DNA from: Epidermidibacterium keratini | GTDB taxonomy: Bacteria > Actinomycetota > Actinomycetes > Mycobacteriales > Antricoccaceae | Length of the DNA stretch: 24,000 nt | Direction of reading: 5' to 3' | NCBI RefSeq assembly: GCF_009834025.1 | Contig: NZ_CP047156.1 | Coordinates: 2,850,067-2,874,066 of the forward strand | In this document: positions 9,179-17,933 of the stretch, piece after piece | Position numbering within the stretch: the stretch's first letter is position 1 | Layout: every line of letters begins with the position of its first letter | Program-made: the position numbers and the translations under genes | Notes under the pieces: model-generated | What the model was told of the DNA's origin: nothing | The model's database searches: none | The model's input: only the letters and a program-made list of their open reading frames with translations

Positions 9179-9298
9179 TCAGCAGCCCGAGGTCTGCGCC
9201 CGCGCGAGATCGATGTGCAGTCGCCGCGTCAGGCCCCACAGATTTCCCACAACAAACGCAACGGCACGCCGCGGAGGGTTCATTCCGCTGTCGCGCAT
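9179..9298 (-). CDS. putative leader peptide (MRDSGMNPPRRAVAFVVGNLWGLTRRLHIDLARAQTSGC), alternative starts ATG 9283 or GTG 9250
   Basis: Short ORF read directly from the minus strand; C-terminus RRLHIDLARAQTSGC matches the R-[RL]-H-[VI]-D-L...C pattern of actinobacterial 'putative leader peptides' linked to sulfur/cysteine genes. Confidence 0.7.
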   Translation of the reverse strand: MRDSGMNPPRRAVAFVVGNLWGLTRRLHIDLARAQTSGC

Positions 9299-9345
9299 TT
9301 TTCTGGTCCTGACGTGAATTGAAAGCCGGTGAGAACCCGACGATT

Positions 9346-10035
9346 CTAGCCGGACCGGTTGGCGTCCTTATCCGCGCCCAGCCAGCCGATGGCCGCCGAG
9401 GCGAAGTCCGGGCGCTGCGCGGCGCCGGCCGGGATGGTGCCCAGCAGCGGTACATCTAACGCGGCGAGGTAGCGGTAGTTGTCACGCTCGACGATGCCTG
9501 GATCGGCCGGCCAGCTGCCGATGACGATCCCCGCAATGCGGCGCCCGCGGCGGTGCAGCGCCTCAACGGTGAGCATGGTGTGGTTGAGCGTGCCGAGCGC
9601 TGCCCGCACCACCACGATGACGGCGGCATCGAGCGCACCGGCGAGGTCGGCAATCGTCTCGCGCGCCCCGGTCAGCTCGACGAGCAGGCCGCCGGCCCCT
9701 TCCACAAGCACGTGATCATGCTGCCCGGAGAGGGCGGCCACCTCGTGACGATGATCGTCCAGGCGTGGAAGGCGCACCCCGTCGATCTCAGCAGCAGGCA
9801 CCGGCGCCATCGGCTCGGTGAGCCGGCACCCCTCGGCGATGGTGGCGCCGGTCAGTCGGCGTACGACCTGCATGTCGCCCTCGTCGCCCGGCCCGACGCC
9901 GGTCTGGGCCGGCTTGTACGCCGCGACGCTCCGGCCGGCGCCCTGCAACGCAGCGGCCAGAGCAGCGGTCACGATCGTTTTGCCGACGTCCGTGTCGGTG
10001 CCAGTGACCGCGACGACGGGCGGCAGACTCAGCAC
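9346..10035 (-). CDS. bioD: dethiobiotin synthase
   Basis: VAVTGTDTDVGKTIVTAALAAAL, YKPAQTG, VLVEGAGGLLVEL; immediately after bioF. Confidence 0.93.
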   Translation of the reverse strand: MLSLPPVVAVTGTDTDVGKTIVTAALAAALQGAGRSVAAYKPAQTGVGPGDEGDMQVVRRLTGATIAEGCRLTEPMAPVPAAEIDGVRLPRLDDHRHEVAALSGQHDHVLVEGAGGLLVELTGARETIADLAGALDAAVIVVVRAALGTLNHTMLTVEALHRRGRRIAGIVIGSWPADPGIVERDNYRYLAALDVPLLGTIPAGAAQRPDFASAAIGWLGADKDANRSG

Positions 10036-11144
10036 GCCGCCGCCCGGCGTACCTCATCGGCGGTAAACTCGACCTGGACGGGTGTGAGGTCAGCCCGTGC
10101 GGTCAGCCGTAGCCGAGCAACCTCATCGGGTGTGCTCGGCGGGCGGAAGCAGCCGACGAGTACGCCGCGCTCGCGCAGCTGCTCGCGGGCCGCGACGGCG
10201 GCGGCCGGAGTTGGCATCGGGACCGACAGCACCGCGCCGGCACTGGGCGAGATCTCCAGAGCCCGTGAGATCTGTGCGGTGTGGCGGCCGATGGCGACGA
10301 CGAGGTCTGGCTGCTCACGCACGATATTGGTCGCGGCAAGTGCGCCGGCGGCGGCTGCCGGAGCGAGGCCGGTGTCGAAGATGAACGTGCGTGCGGCGTT
10401 GATCAGGTGCTCGCGCACTGCGGGGGTGCCGAGTACGACGCCGCCCTGGGCTCCGAGCGCTTTGGAGAGGGTGGCCGTCACGATCACGTCCTCGGCACCG
10501 GCGATCCCGAGCGTGTGCGCGAGCCCGCGGCCCTCACCGGCGACCCCGATGCCGTGTGCCTCGTCGATGATCAGCAGTGCGCCGTATCGCGCGCACACGT
10601 CGGCGAGCTCGCTCAGCGGCGCCGCGTCGCCGAGTACGGAGTAGACCGACTCGACCGCGACGATGCTGCGGCCCGGTTGCTGTGACAGCGCACGAGCGAG
10701 GTCGTCGATGTCGTTGTGGGCAAACGTCTCGTGCGGTGCTCGCGACATCCGTGCCGCGTCATGCAGCGATGCGTGTGCATGCTCATCGAGCAATATCGAA
10801 GTATCGCGATCTACGAATGCAGTCACCGCGCCCAGGTTGGCGGCATAGCCAGAAGCGAAGACGAGAGCCGACTGCTGCCCGCAGAGCTCGGCAAGCGCGG
10901 CCTCCAGGTCCTCGTGCACCGGCAGGGTCCCGGTGACCAGTCGCGATGCGCCCGCGCCGGCGCCGTACTCCTCGAGCGCCGCAACAGCGGCCGCGACGAC
11001 CCGCGAGTCCCGGCTGAGCCCGAGGTAGTCGTTGCCGGCCAGGTCGATCGTCGCGTCGTCGCGCAGTACGCCGATCGTGCGTGTCGTGCCGCGCTCGTCG
11101 CGCAGCTCGGCACGCTGGGCGAGCCACGACGTCCACGTGCTCAT
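10029..11144 (-). CDS. bioF: 8-amino-7-oxononanoate synthase
   Basis: NDYLGLSRD, GAGASRLVTGTLPVHEDLEAALAEL, IIDEAHGIGVAG, VTATLSKALGAQGG; ATG 11144 overlaps bioA stop. Confidence 0.93.
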   Translation of the reverse strand: MSTWTSWLAQRAELRDERGTTRTIGVLRDDATIDLAGNDYLGLSRDSRVVAAAVAALEEYGAGAGASRLVTGTLPVHEDLEAALAELCGQQSALVFASGYAANLGAVTAFVDRDTSILLDEHAHASLHDAARMSRAPHETFAHNDIDDLARALSQQPGRSIVAVESVYSVLGDAAPLSELADVCARYGALLIIDEAHGIGVAGEGRGLAHTLGIAGAEDVIVTATLSKALGAQGGVVLGTPAVREHLINAARTFIFDTGLAPAAAAGALAATNIVREQPDLVVAIGRHTAQISRALEISPSAGAVLSVPMPTPAAAVAAREQLRERGVLVGCFRPPSTPDEVARLRLTARADLTPVQVEFTADEVRRAAAC

Positions 11145-12469
11145 CGGTAGACCTCGCAGGTGGCGCCGATGATCGCGGCACCGATCGCGGCGATGTGCTC
11201 GGCGCTGCTGACGTAGGGCGGCATCGTGTAGACGAGGTCGCGAAACGGCCGCACCCATACGCCGCGGCGGACGGCGGCCGCGGCGACGGCGGGGACGTCG
11301 ACATCGCGGTCGAGTTGCACAACCCCGACCGCGCCGAGGACGCGGACGTCGTGCACCACCGGTAGGTCTCGTGCGGGAGCGAGGGCCGCCTGCAGCTCAC
11401 CCTCGATGCGGGCGACCTGCTCGCCGGCGTGCGTAGTGATCAGATCGACCGACGCGGCGGCGATCGCGCAGGCGAGCGGATTGGCCATGAACGTCGGTCC
11501 GTGCAGCAGCGCGCGCAGCTCGGAGCTGGCGATGACCGAGCCGACGCGCTCGGTCATCAGCACCGCAGCCAGGGTCAGGTAGCCGCCGGTCAGCGCCTTG
11601 CCCACGCACATCACGTCCGGTGCGATATCGGCCCACTCGCAGGCAAAGAGCCGCCCGGTGCGACCAAACGCCGTCGCGATCTCGTCGGCGATCAGCAGGA
11701 GGTCGTAGTCGTCGGCGACCTCGCGCATGACGCGCAGGCACTGCGGCGGGTAGATGTACATCCCGCCGGCGCCCTGCAGCACCGGCTCGACCACGATCGC
11801 CGCCAGCTCGTCGCGGTGCGCCGCGGCTAGCTCCCGAAACGCAGATTCCCAGTCCTGCAAGGCTTCTTCGTCGTACTGCCAGCCGTCGGGACCGTAGGAC
11901 GCCTGCGGCGGGCGTGGCGCGAAGAGCTGCCCGGCCACCAGACCGGGGAAGGCCGAGTGCATGCCGCCGACGGGGTCGCACATGCTCATCGCGGCAAACG
12001 TGTCGCCGTGGTAGCCGCCGCGTACCGTCAGCATCCGTTGACGCTGCGGGCGTCCACGGCCGATCTGGTACTGCACGGCGAGCTTGAGCGCGACCTCGAC
12101 CGAGACCGAACCGGAGTCGGCGAAGAAGACGTGCGCCATCGGCCCGGGTGCGATAGCGACGAGCCGTTCGGCGAGCGCGATCGCCGGTTCGTGGGTCAGC
12201 CCGCCGAACATGACATGGCTGAACTCCCCGAGCTGGTCGGCGGCGGCCGCATCCAGGGTCGGGTTGCGATAGCCGTGCACCGCGCACCACCACGACGACA
12301 TCGCGTCGATCACCCGGTGCGTCTGGCCGTCAGCAGCGGTGAGCTGCAGGTGCACCCCGTCGGCGGCCGTGACGGCGTACGGCGCCGGCCCGTCGAGCGC
12401 GGCATACGGGTGCCACAGCAGGCCGCGGTCGCGCTCGATCAGGGCCGGGCGCTGCGCCGTCTTAGGCAT
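11141..12469 (-). CDS. bioA: adenosylmethionine--8-amino-7-oxononanoate transaminase
   Basis: [93 protein letters not shown]; start ATG 12469 overlaps bioB end. Confidence 0.95.
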   Translation of the reverse strand: MPKTAQRPALIERDRGLLWHPYAALDGPAPYAVTAADGVHLQLTAADGQTHRVIDAMSSWWCAVHGYRNPTLDAAAADQLGEFSHVMFGGLTHEPAIALAERLVAIAPGPMAHVFFADSGSVSVEVALKLAVQYQIGRGRPQRQRMLTVRGGYHGDTFAAMSMCDPVGGMHSAFPGLVAGQLFAPRPPQASYGPDGWQYDEEALQDWESAFRELAAAHRDELAAIVVEPVLQGAGGMYIYPPQCLRVMREVADDYDLLLIADEIATAFGRTGRLFACEWADIAPDVMCVGKALTGGYLTLAAVLMTERVGSVIASSELRALLHGPTFMANPLACAIAAASVDLITTHAGEQVARIEGELQAALAPARDLPVVHDVRVLGAVGVVQLDRDVDVPAVAAAAVRRGVWVRPFRDLVYTMPPYVSSAEHIAAIGAAIIGATCEVYR

Positions 12470-13526
12470 TGGGTGCAACGGTCGTGCCCGCGCCGCGGCG
12501 GCGGATCGCCGGGTCGTGCGATGCGGTCGCGCTGGGGGCGGCCTGCGAGGCGCCCAGTACGACGAAGCCGTTGTCGGCGATCAGCTCCAGGTCTGCCTCG
12601 GCGGCCTGTCCCTCAGAGGTGAGGTAGTCACCGAGGAAGATCGAGTTGGCGACGTGCAGGGCAAGGCCCTGCAGCGTGCGCAGGTGCATCTCGCGGCCGC
12701 CGGCGATCCGCACCTCGCGGTCGGGGCAGACGAAGCGAGCGAGGGCGAGGATCTTCAGGCAGCGCAGGGGAGTGAGCTCCCAGGTGCCGGCCAACGGGGT
12801 GCCGTCGAAGGGCATCAGGAAGTTGACCGGGATCGAGTCCGAGCCGAGCTCGCGCAGCGCGACGAGCGCCTCGACGAGCTGCTCGTCGCTCTCACCGAGT
12901 CCGGCGATCAGCCCGGAGCACGGCGAGAGTCCGGCGGCCTTGGCTTTGCTGACGGTGTCCACGCGGTCGTCGTACGTGTGAGTAGAGACGATCTCGTCGT
13001 GGTGGGACTGCGCGGTGTTGATGTTGTGGTTGTAGGCATCCACACCGGCTTCGCGCAGCCGCTGCGCCTGACCGTCGCGCAGCAGGCCCAGGCAGGCGCA
13101 CACCTCGGCCTCGGGGTGCTCGTCCTTGAGTGCGCCGACCATGCCGGCGACGCGCTCGACGTCGCGGTCGGTCGGTCCGCGGCCGCTGGAGACCATGCAC
13201 ACCCGACTCGCGCCGCCCTGCAGCCCGGCGCGGGCTTGCTCAAGCGCCTCGTCCGGGGTCAGCCATTTGTACTTCAGGATGTCGGCCTGTGAGCCCAGGC
13301 GCTGCGAGCAGTAGCCGCAGTCTTCCGGGCACAGACCCGACTTGAGGTTGACCAGGTAGTTGACCTTGACCGTGTTGGCGAAGTACTTGCGCCGCAGGCG
13401 TCCCGCGGCCGCCACGAGCTCGAGTACGTCGGCGTCCGGTGCGCGCAGGATGGCGAGCGCGTCGTCGGTGCTGATCGGCGTACCGGCGAGGACCTGGTCG
13501 GCGAGGGCGGCGTATGGCGTGGTCAT
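12462..13526 (-). CDS. bioB: biotin synthase
   Basis: [12 protein letters not shown] radical SAM CxxxCxx[42 protein letters not shown]. Confidence 0.97.
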   Translation of the reverse strand: MTTPYAALADQVLAGTPISTDDALAILRAPDADVLELVAAAGRLRRKYFANTVKVNYLVNLKSGLCPEDCGYCSQRLGSQADILKYKWLTPDEALEQARAGLQGGASRVCMVSSGRGPTDRDVERVAGMVGALKDEHPEAEVCACLGLLRDGQAQRLREAGVDAYNHNINTAQSHHDEIVSTHTYDDRVDTVSKAKAAGLSPCSGLIAGLGESDEQLVEALVALRELGSDSIPVNFLMPFDGTPLAGTWELTPLRCLKILALARFVCPDREVRIAGGREMHLRTLQGLALHVANSIFLGDYLTSEGQAAEADLELIADNGFVVLGASQAAPSATASHDPAIRRRGAGTTVAPNA

Positions 13527-13547
13527 GGGAACTCCTCACGGCAGGGA

Positions 13548-13585
13548 CTTGAACGGTGTTCAGGCTACCTGAACGGTGTTCAAGT
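13548..13585. promoter_or_regulatory. tandem BioQ-type operators TGAACGGTGTTCA at 13550-13562 and 13570-13582
   Basis: Two identical 13-mers with TGAAC-N3-GTTCA dyad symmetry, centres 20 bp apart, between divergent bioB and TetR genes. Confidence 0.85.
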
Positions 13586-13629
13586 TCCAGCGGCGCTAGG
13601 CTCGCGATCGTGAGGGGAGGGCCGAGTCG

Positions 13630-14154
13630 ATGGCGTTGACGCGTGTGCGGGTCGTTGATGTCGCGACCTCGATCCTGCGCGAGTTCGGCCTTGGCGACCT
13701 CTCGATGCGCCGCCTCGCCCGGGAGCTCGACGTCGCGCCCGGCGCGATCTATTGGCACATCGCAAACAAGCAGGTGCTGCTGGCCGCAGTTGCCGAGCGG
13801 CTGCTCGCCGACGTGCCGCTTGGTGAGCAGGGCGCCGATGATCCGGCCGCGGCACTGCGCGCGCACGTCCTGGCGGTCCGGGACGCCTTGCTGCCGGTGC
13901 CGGACGGCGCCGACGTGGTCGCGATCGCCTACACCCTCGATCCGGACTCGGTTCCGGCGCTGCGCGAGATCGGCGTACTGCTCAAGGAGGCTGGGGCGCA
14001 GGACGTGGCGGCGAGCACCGACCTCGTCGTACACCACATCCTCGGTTCGGTCGCCGCCACGCAGGTGCGTGCCGCCTCACCCGAGGAGGCCGTATCGAGT
14101 CCGGACAGATTCGAGCCCGCGCTCGACATCCTCCTCGGGCTTAGCTGTGGCTGA
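13630..14154 (+). CDS. bioQ: TetR family regulator of biotin synthesis (BioQ-like)
   Basis: TetR HTH (VVDVATSILREFGLGDLSMRRLARELDVAPGAIYWHIANKQVLLAAVAERL), divergent from bioB, flanked by TGAAC-N3-GTTCA sites. Confidence 0.8.
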   Translation: MALTRVRVVDVATSILREFGLGDLSMRRLARELDVAPGAIYWHIANKQVLLAAVAERLLADVPLGEQGADDPAAALRAHVLAVRDALLPVPDGADVVAIAYTLDPDSVPALREIGVLLKEAGAQDVAASTDLVVHHILGSVAATQVRAASPEEAVSSPDRFEPALDILLGLSCG

Positions 14155-14183
14155 TTGCATGGTCTAGCCCGCAATCAGCCACA
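14146..14183. terminator. hairpin terminator between convergent bioQ and corA (13-bp perfect stem)
   Basis: TGTGGCTGATTGC - 12 nt - GCAATCAGCCACA. Confidence 0.75.
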
Positions 14184-14213
14184 CCTAGAGCCGCGGCCAT
14201 GGCCCACGCGTCG

Positions 14214-15314
14214 CTACAGCCAGCCGCTGCGCTTGAAGCCGCGATATAGCAGCGTGCAAATGGTGACGATCAGCAAGATGACCAGCGGGTAGCCGAACTT
14301 CCACTTGAGCTCGGGCATGAACTCGAAGTTCATCCCGTAGATGCCGGCGACGGCGGTGGGTACGGCGAAGATCGCCGCCCACGAGGTGATCTTGCGCATG
14401 TCCTCGTTTTCCGACAGCGAGATGCGCGCGATCTGCGCCTGCAGGATCGAGGTCAGCAGCTCATCGAGGCCGGTCACGGTGTCGCGCACCCTGATGAGGT
14501 GGTCCTCGACGTCGCGAAAGTAGTTGCGGATCTTCTTCGGCACCAGCGGCAGCTGCCGATGTGCGAGCGACTGCAGGGGGACCGCGAGCGGGGTGACAGC
14601 GCGCCGCAGCTCCAGCAGCTCTCGTTTGAGCTGGTAGATGCGGTCGACGTCCTTGCTCTTGCTGCGCGGGCTAAAGACGCTCTCTTCGAGCTCGTCGAGG
14701 TCGGTCTCGACCTCGTTGCAGACGTCGAGGTAGCGGTCGACGACGACGTCGCAGATCGCATAGAGCACGGCAGCCGGGCCGAGGGCCAGCAGGTCGCGGT
14801 CCTCGTTTTCCAGCCGATGGCGCAGCGTGGAGAAGTCGCCGAAGTTGCCGTGGCGCACGGTGATCGCGAAGTAGCTGCCGATGAAGACCATGACCTCGCT
14901 GGTGCGGATCACTTCGCTTTCGGCGGTCAGCTCGTCGTGCTCGACGTACCTGGCGGTCTTGAGCACCATGAACAGGTTGTCGTCGTAGCGCTCAAGCTTG
15001 GGGCGGTTGTGCGCGCTCATCGCGTCTTCGACCGCGAGCGGGTGCAGCCCGAACGCGTCGGCGATCTCGCCGAACTCGCCCTCTTCGGGCTCGAAGAGCC
15101 CCAGCCACACGAATCCGCCGTCGGCGCGCGCTACCTCTGCGGCGCGACGCCAGTCGTCGCACCGCTCGACGATCGCGCCGTCGCGATAGACGGCGCAGCC
15201 CACGAGGGGGTTATGAGTAACGCTCTCCACGGAGTCCTGCGAGCCGGGTTTGCGGCGTACGACGCTCAAGGAGGGCAGCGCCGGCCTGGACCGGCGCTCG
15301 TTGGTGGTAGCCAT
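14214..15314 (-). CDS. corA: CorA family magnesium/cobalt transporter
   Basis: GFVWLGLFEPEEGEFGEIADAFGLHPLAVEDAM, C-terminal YGMNFEFMPELKWKFGYPLV with GMN motif and two TM helices. Confidence 0.93.
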   Translation of the reverse strand: MATTNERRSRPALPSLSVVRRKPGSQDSVESVTHNPLVGCAVYRDGAIVERCDDWRRAAEVARADGGFVWLGLFEPEEGEFGEIADAFGLHPLAVEDAMSAHNRPKLERYDDNLFMVLKTARYVEHDELTAESEVIRTSEVMVFIGSYFAITVRHGNFGDFSTLRHRLENEDRDLLALGPAAVLYAICDVVVDRYLDVCNEVETDLDELEESVFSPRSKSKDVDRIYQLKRELLELRRAVTPLAVPLQSLAHRQLPLVPKKIRNYFRDVEDHLIRVRDTVTGLDELLTSILQAQIARISLSENEDMRKITSWAAIFAVPTAVAGIYGMNFEFMPELKWKFGYPLVILLIVTICTLLYRGFKRSGWL

Positions 15315-15410
15315 CGTTCATGACCTTCCTCCTTCACGAAGTGTGCATGCAAGCGGGCGGGGAATGGGCAGCGCCAAATTCATACCCCGCGCCTGACTAC
15401 CCTAGACGGT

Positions 15411-16988
15411 ATGCCTGACATCCCCTCGGGGTCGTTTTTCATTACGACTCCTATCTACTACGTGACGGCCGCCCCGCATATCGGCAGCGCCTACACCACG
15501 ACCGCCGCCGACGTACTCGCTCGGTGGCACCGGCAGCGCGGCGAGAACGTGTATTTCCTGACCGGAACCGACGAGCACGGTCAGAAGGTGATGCGCACGG
15601 CACAGAAGGCCGGCAAGGGACCGCAGGAGTTCGTCGACGAGCTCGTACGCGATGAGTGGAAGCCCGCGTGGGAGCTGCTGGACATCAAGCCCGACCGGTT
15701 CATCCGCACCACCGACGAGGACCACGTCCGTCAGGTGCAGGAGTTCTGGCAGCGGCTGTACGACGCCGGCTGGGTCTACGAAGGCGAGTACACCGGGCGC
15801 TACTGCGTGGACTGTGAGGAGTTCAAGTCCGACGACCAGGTCGATGCTGAGGGCAACTGCCTGATCCACGAGCGCCCGACCGAGATCATCAGCGAGAAGA
15901 ACTGGTTCTTCAAGCTCAGCGAGTTCGGCGACAAGCTGCTCGCGCTGTATGACGAGGTCCCCGACTTCATCGCGCCAGCGGGCAGCCGCAACGAGATCAT
16001 CAACTACGTCAAGTCCGGCCTGCACGACCTGTCGATCTCCCGCTCGTCCTTCGACTGGGGCATCAAGGTGCCGTGGGATGACACGCAGGTCCTCTATGTC
16101 TGGATCGACGCCCTGCTGAACTACACCAGCGCCGCGCAGATCTTCGATGACCCCGAGCACTTCGCCGAGATCTGGCCGCCGACCCACCTGATGAGCCGCG
16201 ACATCCTGCGCTTCCACTCGGTGATCTGGCCGGCGATGCTGATGGCCGCCGGGTTCGCACCGCCGCGCCGCGTCTACGTGCACGGCTACCTGCTGGTCGG
16301 GGGCAAGAAGATGGCCAAGAGCAACGCCACGGCCATCCACCCGCGCGAGATCGTCGACACGTTCGGCGCGGACGCCTACCGCTACTACTTCATGAAGTCG
16401 ATCCCGTTCGGCTCCGACGCGTCGTTCTCGTGGGAGCACATTCAAGCGGTGTACGCCGACGAGCTCGCCAACAACCTCGGCAACCTCGCCTCCCGCGTCG
16501 CGGCGATGATCGGACGCTACTTCGACGGCGTACTGCCCTCGCCGGGAGCGCTGACCGATGCCGACGGCGAGATCGCCGACGCGCTTCGCAACGCTGCCCA
16601 GCGCGCGGATGTCGCCATCAGCAACCTGCACATCCACGAGGCGGTCGGCTACACGCACGACTTCGTGACGCGGGTCAACGGCTACATCACCGAGCAGGAG
16701 CCGTGGAAGGTCGCCAAGGACGACTCGCCGCTGGCGCGTGAGCGGCTCGCCACGATCCTCTACACCTGCGCGGAAGCGCTGCGCGCCGTCGCCGTACTGC
16801 ACAACTCGGTGATGCCGACGGCGATGGCCAAGCTGTGGGACTCACTCGGCGCCACGCAGACGCTCGGCGCGTTGGACGACCAGCCGCTGTCGAGTGCTGC
16901 CGAGTGGGGCACGCTGCCCGTCGGCGCGAGCGTGACGAAGGGCGAGGTGCTCTTTCCGCGGATCGAGACCGAGGCCGCACCGGCATGA
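15411..16988 (+). CDS. metG: methionine--tRNA ligase
   Basis: FFITTPIYYVTAAPHIGSAYTT (HIGH-like motif), VHGYLLVGGKKMAKSNA (KMSKS-like), class I MetRS architecture. Confidence 0.95.
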   Translation: MPDIPSGSFFITTPIYYVTAAPHIGSAYTTTAADVLARWHRQRGENVYFLTGTDEHGQKVMRTAQKAGKGPQEFVDELVRDEWKPAWELLDIKPDRFIRTTDEDHVRQVQEFWQRLYDAGWVYEGEYTGRYCVDCEEFKSDDQVDAEGNCLIHERPTEIISEKNWFFKLSEFGDKLLALYDEVPDFIAPAGSRNEIINYVKSGLHDLSISRSSFDWGIKVPWDDTQVLYVWIDALLNYTSAAQIFDDPEHFAEIWPPTHLMSRDILRFHSVIWPAMLMAAGFAPPRRVYVHGYLLVGGKKMAKSNATAIHPREIVDTFGADAYRYYFMKSIPFGSDASFSWEHIQAVYADELANNLGNLASRVAAMIGRYFDGVLPSPGALTDADGEIADALRNAAQRADVAISNLHIHEAVGYTHDFVTRVNGYITEQEPWKVAKDDSPLARERLATILYTCAEALRAVAVLHNSVMPTAMAKLWDSLGATQTLGALDDQPLSSAAEWGTLPVGASVTKGEVLFPRIETEAAPA

Positions 16989-17830
16989 GCCGCAAGCGTG
17001 ACGGCGAGGCGCCGCCGCTGCCCGAGCCGCTCCCGGCGCCGATCGTCGACAACCACACGCACCTGGACATCGTGCTGGAGTCGGTCGACTCGAGCACCGG
17101 CGCTGAGCTGGACAAGGCGCAGTCGGTTGGAGTCGACCGCATCGTGCAGGTGGGTACGACGCTGCAGTCCTCGGTGTGGGCCGCGCAGCTGGCAGCCAGC
17201 GATGACCGCGTGCTGGCGGCGATCGCCGTACACCCCAACGATGCGCCGCGGCTGGATGCTCGCGAGCTCGATGCCGCGCTCGCCGAGCTTGACCAACTGG
17301 CTGGCCAGCAGCGCGTGCGCGCAGTGGGCGAGACCGGGCTGGACTTCTATCGCACGCGTGACGACGAGGCGCTGAAGGTGCAAGAGCAGTCGTTTCGCCG
17401 GCACATCGACCTGGCGAAGCGGCATGGACTCGCGCTGATGATCCACGACCGCGACGCCCACGATGACGTCTTTGCGGTGCTGGAGTCCGAGGGGGCACCG
17501 GACACTGTGGTCTTCCACTGCTTCTCCGGCGATGCGGCGATGGCGCGTCGGTGTGCCGATCTGGGCTACTACATGTCGTTTGCCGGCAACACGACCTTCG
17601 CGAAGTCGACCGACCTGCGCGAGGCCGCGGTCGTGGCACCGCGTGAGCTGCTCATGCTGGAGACCGATGCGCCGTTCCTGACGCCGACGCCGTACCGCGG
17701 CCGGCCCAACTCGCCCTACCTCACCGCGCTCACGGCGCGGGCGATTGCCGACGAACGCGGCGATGACCTCGGCGAACTGTGCGTCGCGGTGAGCGAGAAC
17801 GCCGAGCGGGTATACGGCTCCTGGGCCTAA
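16985..17830 (+). CDS. tatD: TatD family hydrolase (DNase)
   Basis: IVDNHTHLD, AVGETGLDFYR, HCFSGDAAMARRCADLGYYMSFAG, LLLETDAPFLTP-type motif (LMLETDAPFLTPTPYRGRPN). ATGA overlap with metG stop. Confidence 0.93.
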   Translation: MSRKRDGEAPPLPEPLPAPIVDNHTHLDIVLESVDSSTGAELDKAQSVGVDRIVQVGTTLQSSVWAAQLAASDDRVLAAIAVHPNDAPRLDARELDAALAELDQLAGQQRVRAVGETGLDFYRTRDDEALKVQEQSFRRHIDLAKRHGLALMIHDRDAHDDVFAVLESEGAPDTVVFHCFSGDAAMARRCADLGYYMSFAGNTTFAKSTDLREAAVVAPRELLMLETDAPFLTPTPYRGRPNSPYLTALTARAIADERGDDLGELCVAVSENAERVYGSWA

Positions 17831-17866
17831 GCCGGCCACGGCGGGAGCACAGCGTCCGCGTTGGAT

Positions 17867-17884
17867 AGGTCACGAAAGGTCACG
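17867..17884. promoter_or_regulatory. direct repeats AGGTCACG-N2-AGGTCACG upstream of rpf gene (candidate response-regulator site)
   Basis: 8-mers at 17867-17874 and 17877-17884 with 10-bp periodicity; related GCGTAACC near 17899. Confidence 0.5.
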
Positions 17885-17913
17885 GCAGGGTAGCGGGAGC
17901 GTAACCAGCCCGT

Positions 17914-17919
17914 TATAGT
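17914..17919 (+). promoter_or_regulatory. -10-like TATAGT upstream of rpf leader
   Basis: TATAGT in the only long intergenic stretch before the first rpf gene, upstream of the structured leader. Confidence 0.45.
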
Positions 17920-17933
17920 CTTGTGACCGAAAG

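Noticed and set aside
9299-9345. Possible riboswitch between bioD and the leader peptide
   Set aside because: Only about 47 nt, with no recognisable aptamer motif or convincing stem set; it cannot be supported by eye.
13610-13629. GTG at 13610 as start of the TetR/bioQ gene
   Set aside because: It is out of frame with the TetR ORF and reaches a stop after a few codons; ATG 13630 with upstream GGGGAGGG is the supported start.
15402-16802. 466-aa minus-strand ORF opposite metG, and similar long antisense ORFs (1758-2513 +, 3826-4686 +, 6018-7133 +, 12339-13292 +, 14499-15323 +, 16760-17839 -)
   Set aside because: Each lies opposite a clearly identified conserved gene and has low-complexity R/A/G/V/D/H-rich composition typical of antisense frames in high-GC DNA.
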